From contig NC_042999.1 in the NCBI RefSeq assembly GCF_006345805.1, positions 74,958,001 to 75,022,000 on the forward strand: a stretch of 64,000 bases of DNA, read 5' to 3'. Positions 23,345 through 37,488 of the stretch are shown one piece after another. The notes beneath the pieces are model-generated. The model was not told where the DNA came from and did no database searches. It saw only the letters and a list, made by a program, of their open reading frames with translations. The stretch's first letter is position 1. Each line of letters starts with the position of its first letter. This DNA comes from Octopus sinensis (Eukaryota). Made by a program: the position numbers and the translations under genes.

Positions 23345-23756
23345 TGTAACAGGATCTGTATCAATTCACTGAAAGGGTGTCGATCCGATCCAGTCACATA
23401 CAATTTAGTAAGACATAACAGACGAAGTCCGGTTATAGGTGAGACAGCAGTTTGTTTATTAATTGCGATGGCGTATGTGTATCTGATGGGAGAACGACAG
23501 CCTCTGATGTACAGCTTCTTCTTGTTCGTTTGTTGAAGTTGTTCGATGTCGTTCGCGGCTAAGTCGGTGAGGTAATCAGAGTCCACGAAATGCACGTCTG
23601 TTCGCATTGGCCGTCAGCCCAGAGAGAATGATTTGAGTTTAGCGGGCCTAAGGGATCGTTTCCCGCACATGCGCATGGGGAAGACTTCTGGTGGCCACCC
23701 GGAAGTAGTCCCATTCTGCGCATGCGCGCTGAACCCTACACAGTAGCATCACTACA
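23345..23756 (-). repeat. 5' LTR (412 bp)
   Basis: Direct repeat of 18509-18920. Confidence 0.95.
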
Positions 23757-24499
23757 CTGTCATCCTTTCTCGGTCCATATAATAACGTACAAGTTAAGTA
23801 CTGAAATTGATTTAAGCGACTTCCTCCTCCATTTCCTCCTAAGATTGCCGGTCTTCTTGCAAAATTAGAAAGAATTATTATAAGTAGCAAGCTGGCTGCC
23901 TCATTACTGCATTGAAAAAAAATACTTTGTAGCATTTCTTCTTGCTCTTTACACTGAGTTCAAATACTGCCGAGATCAACTTTGTCTTTCATCCTTTCGG
24001 AGTTAATAAAATAAAGTACCAGTTTAATACTGGAGTCTATGTAATTAACCTCAAAATTTCTGGGTTAAACCTCGTGCCAATAGTTGAAATAATGGTTTCA
24101 AATTTTGACCTCTGGGCCAGTAAGTGGATAACAATGAGCTTAGGCTTCAATAGGTATATATTTTTTTTATCTACCCATAAGGATAAAAGGCAAAACCAAC
24201 CTCACCGGAATGTGAACTCAGAACGTAAGGATGGACTAAATACCACAAAACATTTCGCCCGGTGTGCTAACGATTCTGCTTGCTTACCACCTTGAAATGA
24301 TAATTATAATTATAAGTTTTTTCTAAGTTGGCGAGTAAGAAGAACTGTTACTGCACTGAATAAAATCCTTAGTAGTATTTCATTCGTCTTTACATTCTGA
24401 AATTAAATGTCACCAAGGTCGACTTTGCTTTTCATCCTTCTGTGGATGGTGAAATACCAGTTACTTGTAAGTAACTGGGACTGATGTAATCGACTTACT

Positions 24500-25790
24500 G
24501 CTAGAACTGCTAGACTTGTGCGAAACTTTGAAACCATTATTTCAACTATAAGCACTAATCCATTATCGTTTCTACTGTGGAAAACAAATGGTTACATGCT
24601 AGGATTTTCAACTGCTAGAAATATCAATGTAACTCATAATTTCTTTGTAGACGACATGAAGATTTATGCCAAAAAACAACTGGAATTAATAACATTTTCA
24701 GCAGATATAGGCATAGAATTTAGCCAAAAGAAATGTTCATATTTGGTTATAAAACGAGAAAAGTCAGTGCTCCAAACCCAAAACCTGTGCATCAATGGTC
24801 TTTTTATCTCCCCCATTCCACACAAAGAATGTTACAAGTACCTAGGCATATACAAAAATGTATCATATGAAGCCACTGTGAATAAAGATAGAATGACCCA
24901 AGAATATTACACCAAACTTAGCAGTCGGAACTCTCCTCTTACAAACAACAAAACAATGTCCCATAATGCATTTCCAATACCAGTGATGATCCCAACATTT
25001 GGGATATTTGATTGGTTTGTACAGGAAATCCACTCCATAGATATCAAAACCCGCAAAATTGTGACAACAACTGGGAACTTCCATAGAAAGAGTGATGTTG
25101 ACAGGCTCTACCTAAGAAGAAATGAAGGTGGTAGAGGCCTGAAATAAATGCAGATGGCCTTCGAATGCTGTATGGTATCACTCAGGCAGCACCTGCTAAA
25201 CAACAGCAGCAAAAATAAATATATAAATGCAGTGCTGAAAAGTGAAGTGAGCAACATTGTATGAGTTGGCAGTAAGCTCCTCAAGAAGCATTCTCTTCCC
25301 GATGATCTCCTATACAGCTCCAAATCAGTTAGGCTCTCTTACCTCAGAGAAGACCTGAATGGAAAGCAGTCAGCATGCAAAAATAAAAAAAGACTAAGCA
25401 TGGGCATGTTGCCTGGAAGCTTGAAGAAGACAGCAGAATTGACATGAAATGCAGCCTTTCTTGGACACAAGACCACTACATCACACCACACTTTGAAGGC
25501 TATGCATTTGCAATCCAGGAACAGGAGATTGCCACAAAGTACCTAGTGAACAAGAGAGACAGTGACGTTCTTGTAATCCCAAGATGCAACACATGTGTAG
25601 GCTGCCATGTTTCTGTGGAAAATATTATGTCCTAAAGACATTACATCCTAAAATGTCATCAAGGTACTACCTTCCTATGTAGCATGATGTTGTTGCTAAA
25701 ACAATTTACAATGCCATCTGCAGAAAAGTCTGTCCTGAAATAAACTTAGAAAATCCCTGTTATGGAAGGCATTCATAAACACCAACTGCA
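24500..25790 (+). mobile_element. R4/Dong-clade element family C, decayed RT C-half
   Basis: THNFFVDDMKIYAK, YKYLGI, IDIKTRK, SDVDRLYLRRNEGGRGL, FAIQEQEIATKY. Confidence 0.85.
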
Positions 25791-28700
25791 TAGAAGAGAC
25801 TATACATACATAAATGTGTGTGTGTGTGTGGGGGGGGGGGAGGTCTGTGTGTGTGTACAGTGATAGATTCGAGGGTTTTGCATATTTAGGAGTTAATTTT
25901 CTTAATTTCACCAGAGTATAAATACCAATAATGTTGATACTTAAAAAAAAAAAAAAAGAAAAATCCAGTTCAAATAAAAAGCACGGTTAAGCAATGCATT
26001 GTAATCCACACTAATTTGTGAAAAAAGGTATTGCCCCTCAGATGCCTATTTTTTTGCTAGTTTTGTTTTAGCTTTTTGGTTGATTTGAGTGTTGGCAGTG
26101 TTGATAGTGCTGAATAGCTCTTTTGTGAATTTTCTTTCTCTTTTCTTTACTGTCTTACTAGAAGTGTCGTGTTGCCATGCATTCCAACAATTAACACAGT
26201 GACTCTTGTTTTCTTTCATCAGTTTGGTGTTGTGTTTGGTTTCTCTGTTATACTGTAGTAGCCAGTTTTGACTAAGTTAATAGAAGTACACAATCTCTTA
26301 TACGAAACCTTGCTAAGCATGTTTAGGAATTTGGAATTTTTCAGATTTGGGGAATGGTAGTACAGTCTATTCATATCCTAAGTCTTAGTTTCCAGAAATA
26401 GCTAAGTTGGTACCTCAACTTTAAAAAAAAATTCTGATTAGCACGTCTTGATCATAGGTTGATCTTAGGTTTTGAAGATACCATCACAATGTATTGACAG
26501 GCCTATTCTAGTAGAAAACGGAGACATTTTTACCAAATTACTATAGTTGCAAGAAAACTACCACTAGTTAGCTTAAGATAATGTTATTTTATACATTAAA
26601 CAAGACACCTATGTACCAAATGCCTTGCAAAAGTATGTAAACCCAGCCTAGTAAATGTATTGTACAGCATTGCTAATTTGTGTGATGAATATTCACTTTC
26701 AGTGAGATTAAAAAATCTTCAAGTAATATAGTTAATTTTTTTAATAGTAAACTGTTAAATGAAATGTGATAAAGATAGACCATACAATTACCAGTGTATT
26801 ATTTTTTTTTGATCTCTAATTAAAACATTTTCAAAGATTTTCAGTTTTTGGAATTATGGATAAGACTTGTGTGCCTGTAGTGTCTTTTCTGGTGCCAGAA
26901 AGTATTATTATTCTGAGTTTGTACTATTTTTATATCAATCATTTTGTTTTTCAGTTCAGTGTCACTAAATATTTTTCTGTTTAAATAGTATCACAGTTAT
27001 TATTTTTGAAGATTAATTTAATCATAGATTTCATTTCAGATCAGTATGGAGTCCATTTCTCATTTCATTTGAAATTTCTTTATTTCTGTTGATATTCCAT
27101 CAGATGTTAAATTTAATTGTAATTCAGACATTTTTCAAAATGAATTCACACTGTTACCTACAAGAACTAACTTTTAATTGGATTTGTTGCCTAATGGTTT
27201 ATTTCCCCACTGCACTTTTTGCATTTCCCCGAAACATTTATATAAATGTTTGCCAGTTTACTAACTGTTTATATAATATTCATATATTTCTCCCTGAAGT
27301 CACAAATATACTGACAAACACATTGCATTCTTTTAAAATGAGAATAGGTTAAGTTTTTATTGTTTAAAGAAAGAAGTAAGCTATAAGAAAGCATTACTAT
27401 GAGAGAGAAAAACTCACAAAAACTGTCAAGCAACAAGTGGAACATCTAAAATTAGGCACAAAGAACACATACACTCTTTAATTGTATATTAAACAAACGT
27501 GTATCTGTCTGTCTATCTAGCTGTTATATGTATGTGAGTATGTGTGTGTGTATGTGTTGTGGGCTATCTATGTACATGTTTGTCCATCGAAGCAACGAGG
27601 ACCATTTAGTCATTCTACAGGGGTGAATTATGCATGATTTCTGCTGATTTGTGTAGTGACTGATTACAATGAAGAAGTGTTGTGCACCATCAGCCTCACC
27701 CTTCTATCTGTGACCATCTTCAATCCTGCAGTACGGCCAGGTCAAGAGGACTGCAAATGTGTAGGTGTCCAAGATGTCTTTTTCCTATTGCTCTCTGCAC
27801 TCCACAGTGCTAGCAAGCATATTAACCAATTGCTGACATACTGACAGGTGCTTGTACTCCAGGTCAGAGAAGAGCTGGAAACAATAGTGGCTAAGAGGTG
27901 GTTCCACACTCCTCGACATTCCTAAAATTTTGAACCAAATGCAGGGCTCGCTATATATAACACATCTATATACAACTATCTATATATAACTATCAATATA
28001 TAGCTATCTATATATAATACATAATGCAGACATGGTATCAGAATAGAATATTTTTGGAGATAGAAGATGAAACAATATTACATCAATACATACATACATA
28101 CATACATACATACATACATACATACATACATACATACATACATACATACTTATATATATATGCATAAATATGTCTGTGTGAGCGTGTATGTTTGTGTACA
28201 CATGTGCATGTATGCCTACACATACAAACATAGGCACACACACACACACACACATTTAAGTACTATTGTAGTATGTTTATATATATGCAGGTATTATTAG
28301 TACTACTTGTGATATTATTCAATGATTGGTGACTAAATTGATTTGTTAGGCTAGGAGACTGTTGATAATAGTCTTCAGTCTTAAAAAGAGGACCTGCACA
28401 GCAGGGATGAACTTTTTGTAAGCCAATGGCCATCCATGACTCTATTGGTTTGCATGGAAAGTCTCATGGAAAGAAGAGCTTATCTCAAAGCAACTATTAC
28501 CTGGTATTAAAGCTTGTCTCTTTGGTTGTTTTACTGTAATTCTCCTCTTCTTGACTGCTACTTATTCTTTAACTTGTCCACTCCTTGCTGTCCAATCTAT
28601 TCTCAAAAACAAATAATTTTGTCCCACCCCGCTACTTTCTTTCCACAATATATGCATTACATCTGAGTTTTTACCACTTTGTCACAGTTATTTCTCTTTG

Positions 28701-30536
28701 TGGATTCTCAGATCCTTATCATTCTCTGGAGGATCTATCAAATTCTCTGGATCTTTTACTGAATTACAAATAGGAGGGGAGGAGTACTATTCAGAATAAA
28801 TACTGGTTTTGAGAAATTGGAAAGAGAAAGAGTAAGAAGAAAGTATTGTAGAAGGTATAAAAGGAGAGAGAAAAAAGAAAACATGAAGCCATAAAAGTAA
28901 GTATTTTTGCTAGGCAAAGAGAAGTACAATGTGAAAGGAAAATACGAAGTATGTGACAAAATAAGGGTGGAAAATAAAGGAAAAAAAAAGGTATGAAGAT
29001 ATTGTAAAATATTGTAAAAAGAGAGGTGTATAGAAAACAAGATAAAGAAAGGCAGAAGGAGAGAGCAAAGAAACAGAAAGAAAATGGAAAGGATGCCTGA
29101 TATTCTGCAAAGAAGAGTTGTAAATCTATTTTTTTGCTTGCTGTTCTCTCTCCCTTTTACAATGGCAGTGTGTTTAACACATTCGGATCATTGGTGTACG
29201 GCATTCTGGGACACCATGTTTCAACATGTTTTTTCTTGTCAGTCATAAGTAGCCAGAACTTTGAGCATGAACTAAGCCACTGGCTTTGTTTATACTTTCA
29301 GTGAACAAATTATTTGCTGATTGGTGTTTATATCTGCCAACTGGTAAAAATAAATCACTGTGTACTGTGTGAATTGAGTTCTTGGACATATTTATTCTTA
29401 GCAATTCTCACCAGGTTCAGACTCAAAATATGATGGTTACTGTAGTATTCATTAGAGGAGAATAATTTTGTGCTCCATTCTCTGTCCCTTTATGGGAAGG
29501 AACAGGATGAAATTTTGGGCTTGTCCTCATTTCAGTGATACAGCTGTATTATTGTTTTAGTGCATCATGGAGACAATATCCAAGACACGATTATGCCACC
29601 AGGAATACTCTACACGAGATGACTCACATCCTGGCAGAATAGCTCCAAAGAATTTAAAACCTAACACCGATTATATTAAGCAGAATTGAGGATAAAAGTA
29701 TATACTTACCTCTCAAAATGACTCTCAGCCTGTTGGTTTCATATCCTATAGCATATTCCATGATAGCTTCCTATGTACAACTGCCTTCCATGCTGTTCCA
29801 TCATATTGATTTCCTCTCAACCTTAAGTTACAGTGACCAGAAAGTTTCCTACAATGGAAGGTATTTCCTTCTTTTACAGAGATGCATAAGCTAAGACTAG
29901 GAGTCTCTCACCAGCTGTTGGGAGGCCGTTGAATCTACTGAGTTCATATGCCCTTTGACAGGTTTTGTTTTCATCCTGCAAGATACCTCTTCCACCCAAA
30001 AGGCCAACAAAAAGCCACTTTCCTTACCAAGCAGATATGGTAGTGTTACTGATTTAGTCACCTACGATCCAACTATGACAGGTTGTACTAGGTTAAATGT
30101 TAAGTGCCTGATGTATATACATACATACACACATAGTATAAGCACAATTTTTTAATAGTTATGTATTTGAAGGAATATACCATATATACACCATCAAATG
30201 GCCTGTTTCGCTAGAAATGCCAAAAATAATAGTTGATGACCAATATTATTTTTACTCAGGCAAAAATGGAAGGCAACTCCATTCACATTTCATTGTTATT
30301 GAAACTCTTCAGCTAAGTGGAAAATCCCTTTACTTGCACACATTACGATTGCCATCAACAACTGCATCCATCCCATCAGAAGTAGCAGCAGCAGCACCTT
30401 TCTCATCATCATCATCATATCTTGAACCTCATCTGAGATACCCTTACTTTGAAGAGTACTAACACATTTACAACTAACCTGCAAAGTAAGTGTTTTATCA
30501 ATGATATGTCAAAAATTATTATTTGTTTCTTTACAG

Positions 30537-30630
30537 ATGATGAAGATAAAGATATATCCTTGTCAGTCCTGTCATACCTATCTAATATTATTAATATTTG
30601 CAGCTTTAACTATATCTGGACATGCTCAAT
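30537..30630 (+). CDS. Exon 1: signal peptide MMKIKIYPCQSCHTYLILLIFAALTISGHAQ
   Basis: Hydrophobic core LILLIFAALTI with a G-H-A cleavage-like motif. Acceptor tttacag directly precedes the ATG; donor GTAAGT at 30631 (phase 1); in-frame upstream TGA at 30450-30452. Confidence 0.75.
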
Positions 30631-33600
30631 GTAAGTATAGATATTATACGTACAATACTTTTGTATTCAATAATGACTCATGCAAGATTACATATTTCTT
30701 ATTTAGTGAGCATTAGCATTGTTTGTTCATTTATACAAAAATATATACATACATATATAATACTTACATATACACACACACACACGCGCGCGCACACACA
30801 CACGCGCGCGCACACACACATATATAATTATTAAGGAATAATACTTCCGAGTACACAGGAAAAAGATATTCAAATTAGATGTATTAAAATGAACATCTCA
30901 CAATGTTTAATTCGTATATATAAAAGTAATTTTTGAGACAGAACCACCTTCAACTCAATCAACACTGAAAGATTTTATACCCGACCACTCCATAAAATGT
31001 TAAAAATTAAATCTTATACTAACTATATCTATTCTGAATCCTGTATTTTCCGTTTATAAGACTACACGTGTTTCATGAAAGTACGTCGGTATTGATTAGA
31101 TACAAGGTATCTAGTTTCAATACTTACTCAGGTCGACATACTCCCAATCTTCAGGTCTGGATTCCTCAACATATTTCACTATCCCTAACTCTTATATACT
31201 TCCATGATACTCTATATCTTCAATATAATCTTACTTAACATGTGCAAATGAATAGAAATACAAATAATAAATAAAAATAACTGAATATCAAAAATTTAAG
31301 GAGTAAAAATTTAAGGAGTAAAAATTTAAGGAATAAAAATTTAAGGAGTAAAAATTTAAGGAGTAAAAATTTAAGGAATATAAACTCAAGGAATAAACAT
31401 TTAAGGAAAAAAATTTAAAGAGAAAAAAATACGTGTAAAAATTACGATTAAAGGTTCCGAATAACGAATAAAGAATTGCGAATAAACAAATACGAAATAA
31501 AAATGAAATAATAATGAAACAACGATGAAATAATAATGTATTAAAAATAAGGACGAAAATAAACAAATGTTAACTTATCTTTTCTTTCCTCGGTGAAAAT
31601 TAGACAAAGCTACATCTTGCAAATCAGGTAAAATCTGCGTTTGATAATACCTATAGATAGGAGGTACCACAAATAAATGTCGGAAAGTCCTACTGGTGTT
31701 TCTATTCCTTTATATAGTACTGTCAGGGGAACAAGCCCCTTTTATCGTTTTTTAATTTATTCAATCCATGTATTATTGCAAACAACCAATCTAGAAAGTT
31801 ACTTCTTTAGACTCACAATTCGAATATTTTCCATCCCGTGTGCCTCCACTTGTTCTGTTTAGTCCATCATAGAAAGAATGGACTAAACAGAACAGGAAGA
31901 GACACACAAGACAGAAGAGTTGGTGAAGAGACCACAGCTATGTGACAAAAGACTTTCAGACAATAGACATAAGATAAAATAAAAACTATAACAAATGAGT
32001 GAAGAATGAATATATCGTAGGTGTGTTTATTTGGCAAAAGAAAGAATAAAAATGACAGTCCAGAAATATAACAATATATACACACACATATATACGTATG
32101 ATATTCACACACACACCCACCCACACACATGCGCGTGCACGCATGCACACATATGACTTATTCTTTTCTTCTTTCAAAGATGATGGAGATATTGCCTTGG
32201 ATTTCAGTGGCTTAGCTAAAATTTATTTTCGTGGTAAATGGACAGCTATTTGTGCGTCAAAAGGTTTTACAATTCAATCACGAGTGTTGTGTCGGAGTTT
32301 TGGTCAAAAGTAAGTAATACAATATTTCTTTACATATAGAATATGATGATAGATACATTTATCTAGTATTGAAAGATAATAACTGTAATTAAGCAGTCCC
32401 TTCAGGGTTAATATCATGATATTCAGTGTGCTAGACCAGTCATACATCATATACCTTTTCACCCACCCCTACAATGTGTGTCTTCTTCTCCTTGTCCTAC
32501 AATGAACTCCCACTATCCCATCTCCATCAATGAGCTCTCTCTTTTTCCTGCCCTAAATTAAGTGCTACTTCTCCCAGTCCTATTATGAATGCCCCTTCCC
32601 TCAGCATACATTGTGTGCCTTCTTTAACAATTTTCTCTCTAAATTCCTTTGGCCACCACCCTCTTCTTCTTATAGGGATAAATGAGTTGAAAGTTATATT
32701 CAACTTCTACACAAAAATATCTATGGCTTTATAATCAAGTATATCACAGCATAAATCTGTTATCTGCCAAATTTTAAATTCTTCATGCCAAATCCTTTGA
32801 CACATTGTAAGAGTACATAACGCTCTCGCCTTCCCAGCCCTACACCAACCCTGTTCTACACCCTCTTCTGTTCAAGAAGTGAAACTACCTGCACCCTTTA
32901 ATACACTATATTTTTTAGTGTACTCATAGCCAACTCTCATCCCACTAATAGCACCACCAAGCATGATTTCTGCAACTCTAACAAGCCACTCATCTACTCA
33001 TAATTTCCTTAGAGATCACCATGACAAAAGCTTTCCCCAGGTCAATGAAAGTCAAGTACAATGGTTTACTTTTGGCCACTTCTCCTGTGACTACCTCACT
33101 AGGAAGATGGCATCTATGGTACTCTTCCCAGACACAAAATCAAACCGTACCTCATCTAGTTTAATTTTATTCCTAATCAATTGAGCTATACCTCTTTCTG
33201 TAACTTTCATGACCTAGTCTGGCAGTTTGATACTTCTGTAGTTGTTTCTATCAAAGGCAACATCTTTACCCTTGCAGCAGCTATGATGCTATTATGCTAG
33301 TCTTTGGGAATGACACCTTCCTGGGAAACCTGATTAACTATAGGAGTGGTTAGGCCAAATCCTACTCTGCCAGATATTTTAAGCATCTCAGCAGTGATTC
33401 CTGATGGTCCAGAAACTTATCTAGTCTCTATATTTTTAATTGCTTTATGTATCATATTACTGTTAGCTCTGATGGTTGGTCCCTCAGTTGGTTCTATTTC
33501 AAAGACTCATTTTCCCATGCATTCTCCATATTTGGCAAGGTTTCATAGTGCTATTCCCATACATCTTTCTTCTCTGAATCACTAAATGCAACCATAGCAT

Positions 33601-35435
33601 TATCCATTTGCACATATTTCTCACCAGCAACATTTCTAATCTATCTGATCCACTGTTTAGCAATTCAGAACAGCTCACTGGGTGGTTTCATGTGAAATCA
33701 TATATCCTCTAAACAGAAGGTATGATTAAACAACCATTATACATGGTTGACTGGAAAATATAGCCAAGGTTCTTTTGACCTGAAGATGAAATATTAACAT
33801 GTTGCTAGGCTTTCAACTAGAATGAAAATCTGAGGAAAATATCCAGAGGTGAGAAATGTATAAGGGAAATGCAAAGATTTTCAGAGTTAAATCCTTGGTA
33901 AACTTGAGCAATTACATGGAAGTCAAAAATATTGCAACTTAAAATGATCTCTGCTCACAGATATGGGATTGAGGGAGAAGAAAAGAAAGTGAGAAAAAAG
34001 AATGAAAGGGAGAGGGCTATATAGAGACATGAAGAGAAGTAGCAATTTGGGAAAATACAGGCAAAAGGAGATTACGGAATAGATTTAAAAATGAAAAACT
34101 ATAAAAGTAGGAAGTTTAGAAATGTTATGAGGAAATAAAACCTATGAAAGGAAAATTCCAATCAGCTATGTGTATATATATATAAACACACACACACATG
34201 CAGGAAAAGTTCATAGTCCGACTAAGAAGGAGTAATGCTAGAGCTATGAAATCTTGCAATTTCAACATCCTTATTAATAACTGCATTGTTTCTTTCCAAA
34301 TAAACTGACACCTGACTGTTCAAAGAAAACTTCAAAAATAGCTAGCAGCAACTTCTCTTGAAAATGAATAAAATTTGGCATTGTGGTGTTATCAAGTACC
34401 AGCAAAAAAAAAAGGGTTTAGCCCTTAAAAAGCATTCATGCTGACATGGTTGGTACATTAGGGGATGATGCTCCAGCTTTATCAATAGTGCATAAATGGG
34501 TAGCTGGATTTAAGAGGAGAAATATCACCTGAAGTCTAAATGTCCTGCAGCTGCCACCACTGATAAAAAAAATTGATTGTGTTCACCATATGCTGATGGA
34601 TGATAGGTAACTGACTATAAATCAAATGGCTAATGCTATTAACATATCCTGTGAGAGAGTTGAGAATATTCTGCATAATGACTTTAGCATGATGAAGGTT
34701 TCTGCTTTGTAGGTGTCACATATTCTGACACCTGATCAAAAGTGCACCAGACTGAGCACTTCACAGGAAAACCTGACATTGTTTGACACAAATCCAGCTG
34801 ATTTCCTTGAATGTTTCCTAAGCCAGGATGTATGTTGGATCTGTCACTTTGAGCCAGAGACAAAGGGACAATCTATGCATTGGAAACACCACTCCTCATC
34901 TATTCCAAAGAAGGCCAAGATTATTTCAACTGCAGGAACGTTAATGGGGTCAGGTTTTTTGGGGGGATAAAAAAGGCATTGTGTTTATTGACTGTCTTCA
35001 AAAGGGACATGTCATCAATGGAGAGTACTATGTCAGCTTGTTGAAGCAGCTACAAAAGGCTATCAAGGGCAAATGCCCAAGAAAATTAACGAAAGGGGTC
35101 TTATTTCATCAGGACAATGCTCCAGCACACAAGTCCTTGCATTCAATGGCTTTGAACTGGTTGATCATTCTCCTTATTCTCCTGATTTGGTCTCATTTGT
35201 TCCCAACATAAAAAAACATTCAACTGGGAACCAATATCACAGTAATGATGATATCATATCTGCTGTTGATGACTTTTGGGGCAACAGGATGAAAGCTTCT
35301 TCACAAAGGGTTCTAACACTGCAGTGTTTGGATGATAAGGGACATTATGTTAAAAAATAAACTGCATTTGGTGACATTTCATGAGATTATCTTGATCAGT
35401 CTATGAACATTTCAGCCAATCTCTGAGTGTGTACT

Positions 35436-35466
<31 letters not shown>

Positions 35467-37439
35467 GCACACGCATGCGCGCGTGCATGAACATGTGTGT
35501 TAGTCTATACACACACACATGTCCAATCCATACAACCTTGGAAAAAGAGATATTAAATTAAATGCGGATAATATATAAAAATATGTAGATATGCATATGT
35601 ATATACTTATGTACACACACAGGCATAGGAGTGGCTGTGTGGTAAGTAGCTTGCCTACCAATCACATGGTTCCGGGTTCAGTCCCACTGTGTGGCACCTT
35701 GGGCAAGTGTCTTCTACTATAGCCTCGGGCCGACCAAAGCCATGTGAGTGGATTAGGCAGATGGAAACTGAAGGAAGCCTGTCGTATATATGTATATATA
35801 TATGTATGTATGTATGTGTGTGTATATATTTGTGTCTGTGTTTGTCCCTCAACATCGCTTGACAACCGATGCTGGTGTGTTTACATCCCCGTAACTTAGC
35901 AGTTCGGCAATAGAGACCGATAGAATAAGTACTAGGCTTACAAAGAATAAGTCCTGGGGTCGATTTGCTCGACTAAAAAGGTGGTGCTCCAGCATAGCTA
36001 CAGTCAAATGACTGAAACAAGTAAAAGAGTAAAGAGTAAAAGAGAGATGTGTGCACTTACTCACAGATGCATGCACAGCACACTAAGAGAATCATGCACG
36101 CACACAAACACTCACAATATACAGGGTGCTCAGGCAAAAATTTGACGAAATTTGCATAAAAGGAAGAGAAAACATAATATCACATCCAAAAATAAAAATA
36201 TTTTAAAACAAAATATCGATTAGATTATGGCTGGGAGATAGCAGTTTACTTAAAGTATCCACACTTAGCATCCACTGTGGCCTCAAGATGGCTTTGAAAC
36301 CTGATGTATGCATTCCTCACTATGTCCCTGGGAAGGTTTTTGAATACCTCCTTGATCTTGGACTCCAGCTTGACTTAGGCAGTGCATTTGTGTTTTTCTC
36401 AACTTTGCTCTATGCATAGTATTCTGTGGAATCACAATTGGAAGAATTAGGAGGTTAGACACTGAGTGTTGTGAAGTTGCAGAAATTCTCTGACAACAAC
36501 TTCTGATACTTTCAAAAGGTATGACAAGGTGCCAAATCCTGCTGCCACACATATGACCTTCCAGCAGCAATCTTTTACTATCAGGGTTTGACCATCATCT
36601 CCAGCACTTTCATGAAGCCATTTGAATTGAGCCTTAGTGCCTGTCCAAAGATGTAAAGTGGTATGATGTCACCCTCACTAGAGACACACCCAAAGACCAT
36701 TATAGTTTGGGGGAACTTGGTTTTCATGATGTCTATGTTACATCTTACAATGTTCACAGAACATAGAGAAGCAGTCATGATGTTGGTATTTTGATATCCA
36801 GTGTGAATCATTATGATACAGATAACTCTATTCCAATATTTTGATGGCTTCTAGTCCTCCATGTCAGCTAGCTTTTTCTCAATTCCAACTTTAATATTTG
36901 TGTTCTTCAATGGCATTGACTGTTCACCAATAAATCAAGCTGTTTCTAATAAAAGGAGACATAAAAATCATCAAATTTAGCCAGATCACCTTGTATACAC
37001 ATATAGGTGTATGTGATGAGGGAGGTGTATTACACAGCAGTCAAGTTCCTCTGAAATTTAGAAAATTGATACATGAATTAACTTACTAATTCAGAAACAA
37101 AAAGCAATTTTTTGATCGAATCTTTGCAAGATAAAAGACAACTTGTGACTAAGCAAAAACAACAATAATAATAACTATTTTCACATTTGAAAATAGCATT
37201 ATGATGTTTGGTAATGCATCATCATGTAGACTGCAACAAAGAAATGCATCCAAACATTATACTAATATGTAGGAGTGGCTGTGTGGTAAGTAGCTTGCTT
37301 ATGAATCACATGGTTTTGGGTTCAGACCCGCTGCATGGCACCTTGGGCAAGTGTCTTCTTCTATAGCCTCGGGCCAGCCAAAGCCATGTGAGTGGATTTG
37401 GTAGACAGAAATGGAAAGAAGCCCATCATATATATGTAC

Positions 37440-37488
<49 letters not shown>

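Larger units (their letters stand above)
18509..23756 (-). mobile_element. Ty3/Gypsy LTR retrotransposon, CsRn1/Kabuki-type, full-length structure, coding-inactivated
   Basis: Two 412-bp LTRs with TG..CA ends, 4-bp TSD CTGT (18505-08 and 23757-60), PBS, PPT, and gag-PR-RT-RH-IN order. Confidence 0.97.
18410..23870 (+). mobile_element. SINE family C copy split by the Gypsy insertion (18410-18508 and 23757-23870)
   Basis: Removing the LTR element and one CTGT rejoins caagctcaactttactgt|catcctttc, matching the SINE core gtcgactttgcctttcatcctttc. Confidence 0.8.

Noticed and set aside
29150-29460. Possible hAT transposase C-terminal remnant (minus strand)
   Set aside because: Only a vague resemblance over ~20 residues; no TIR or TSD found.
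30217-30462. 81-aa ORF upstream of exon 1 as part of the protein
   Set aside because: Ends in a stop before the 30486 donor, is partly simple repeat and shows no domain similarity; at most a uORF.
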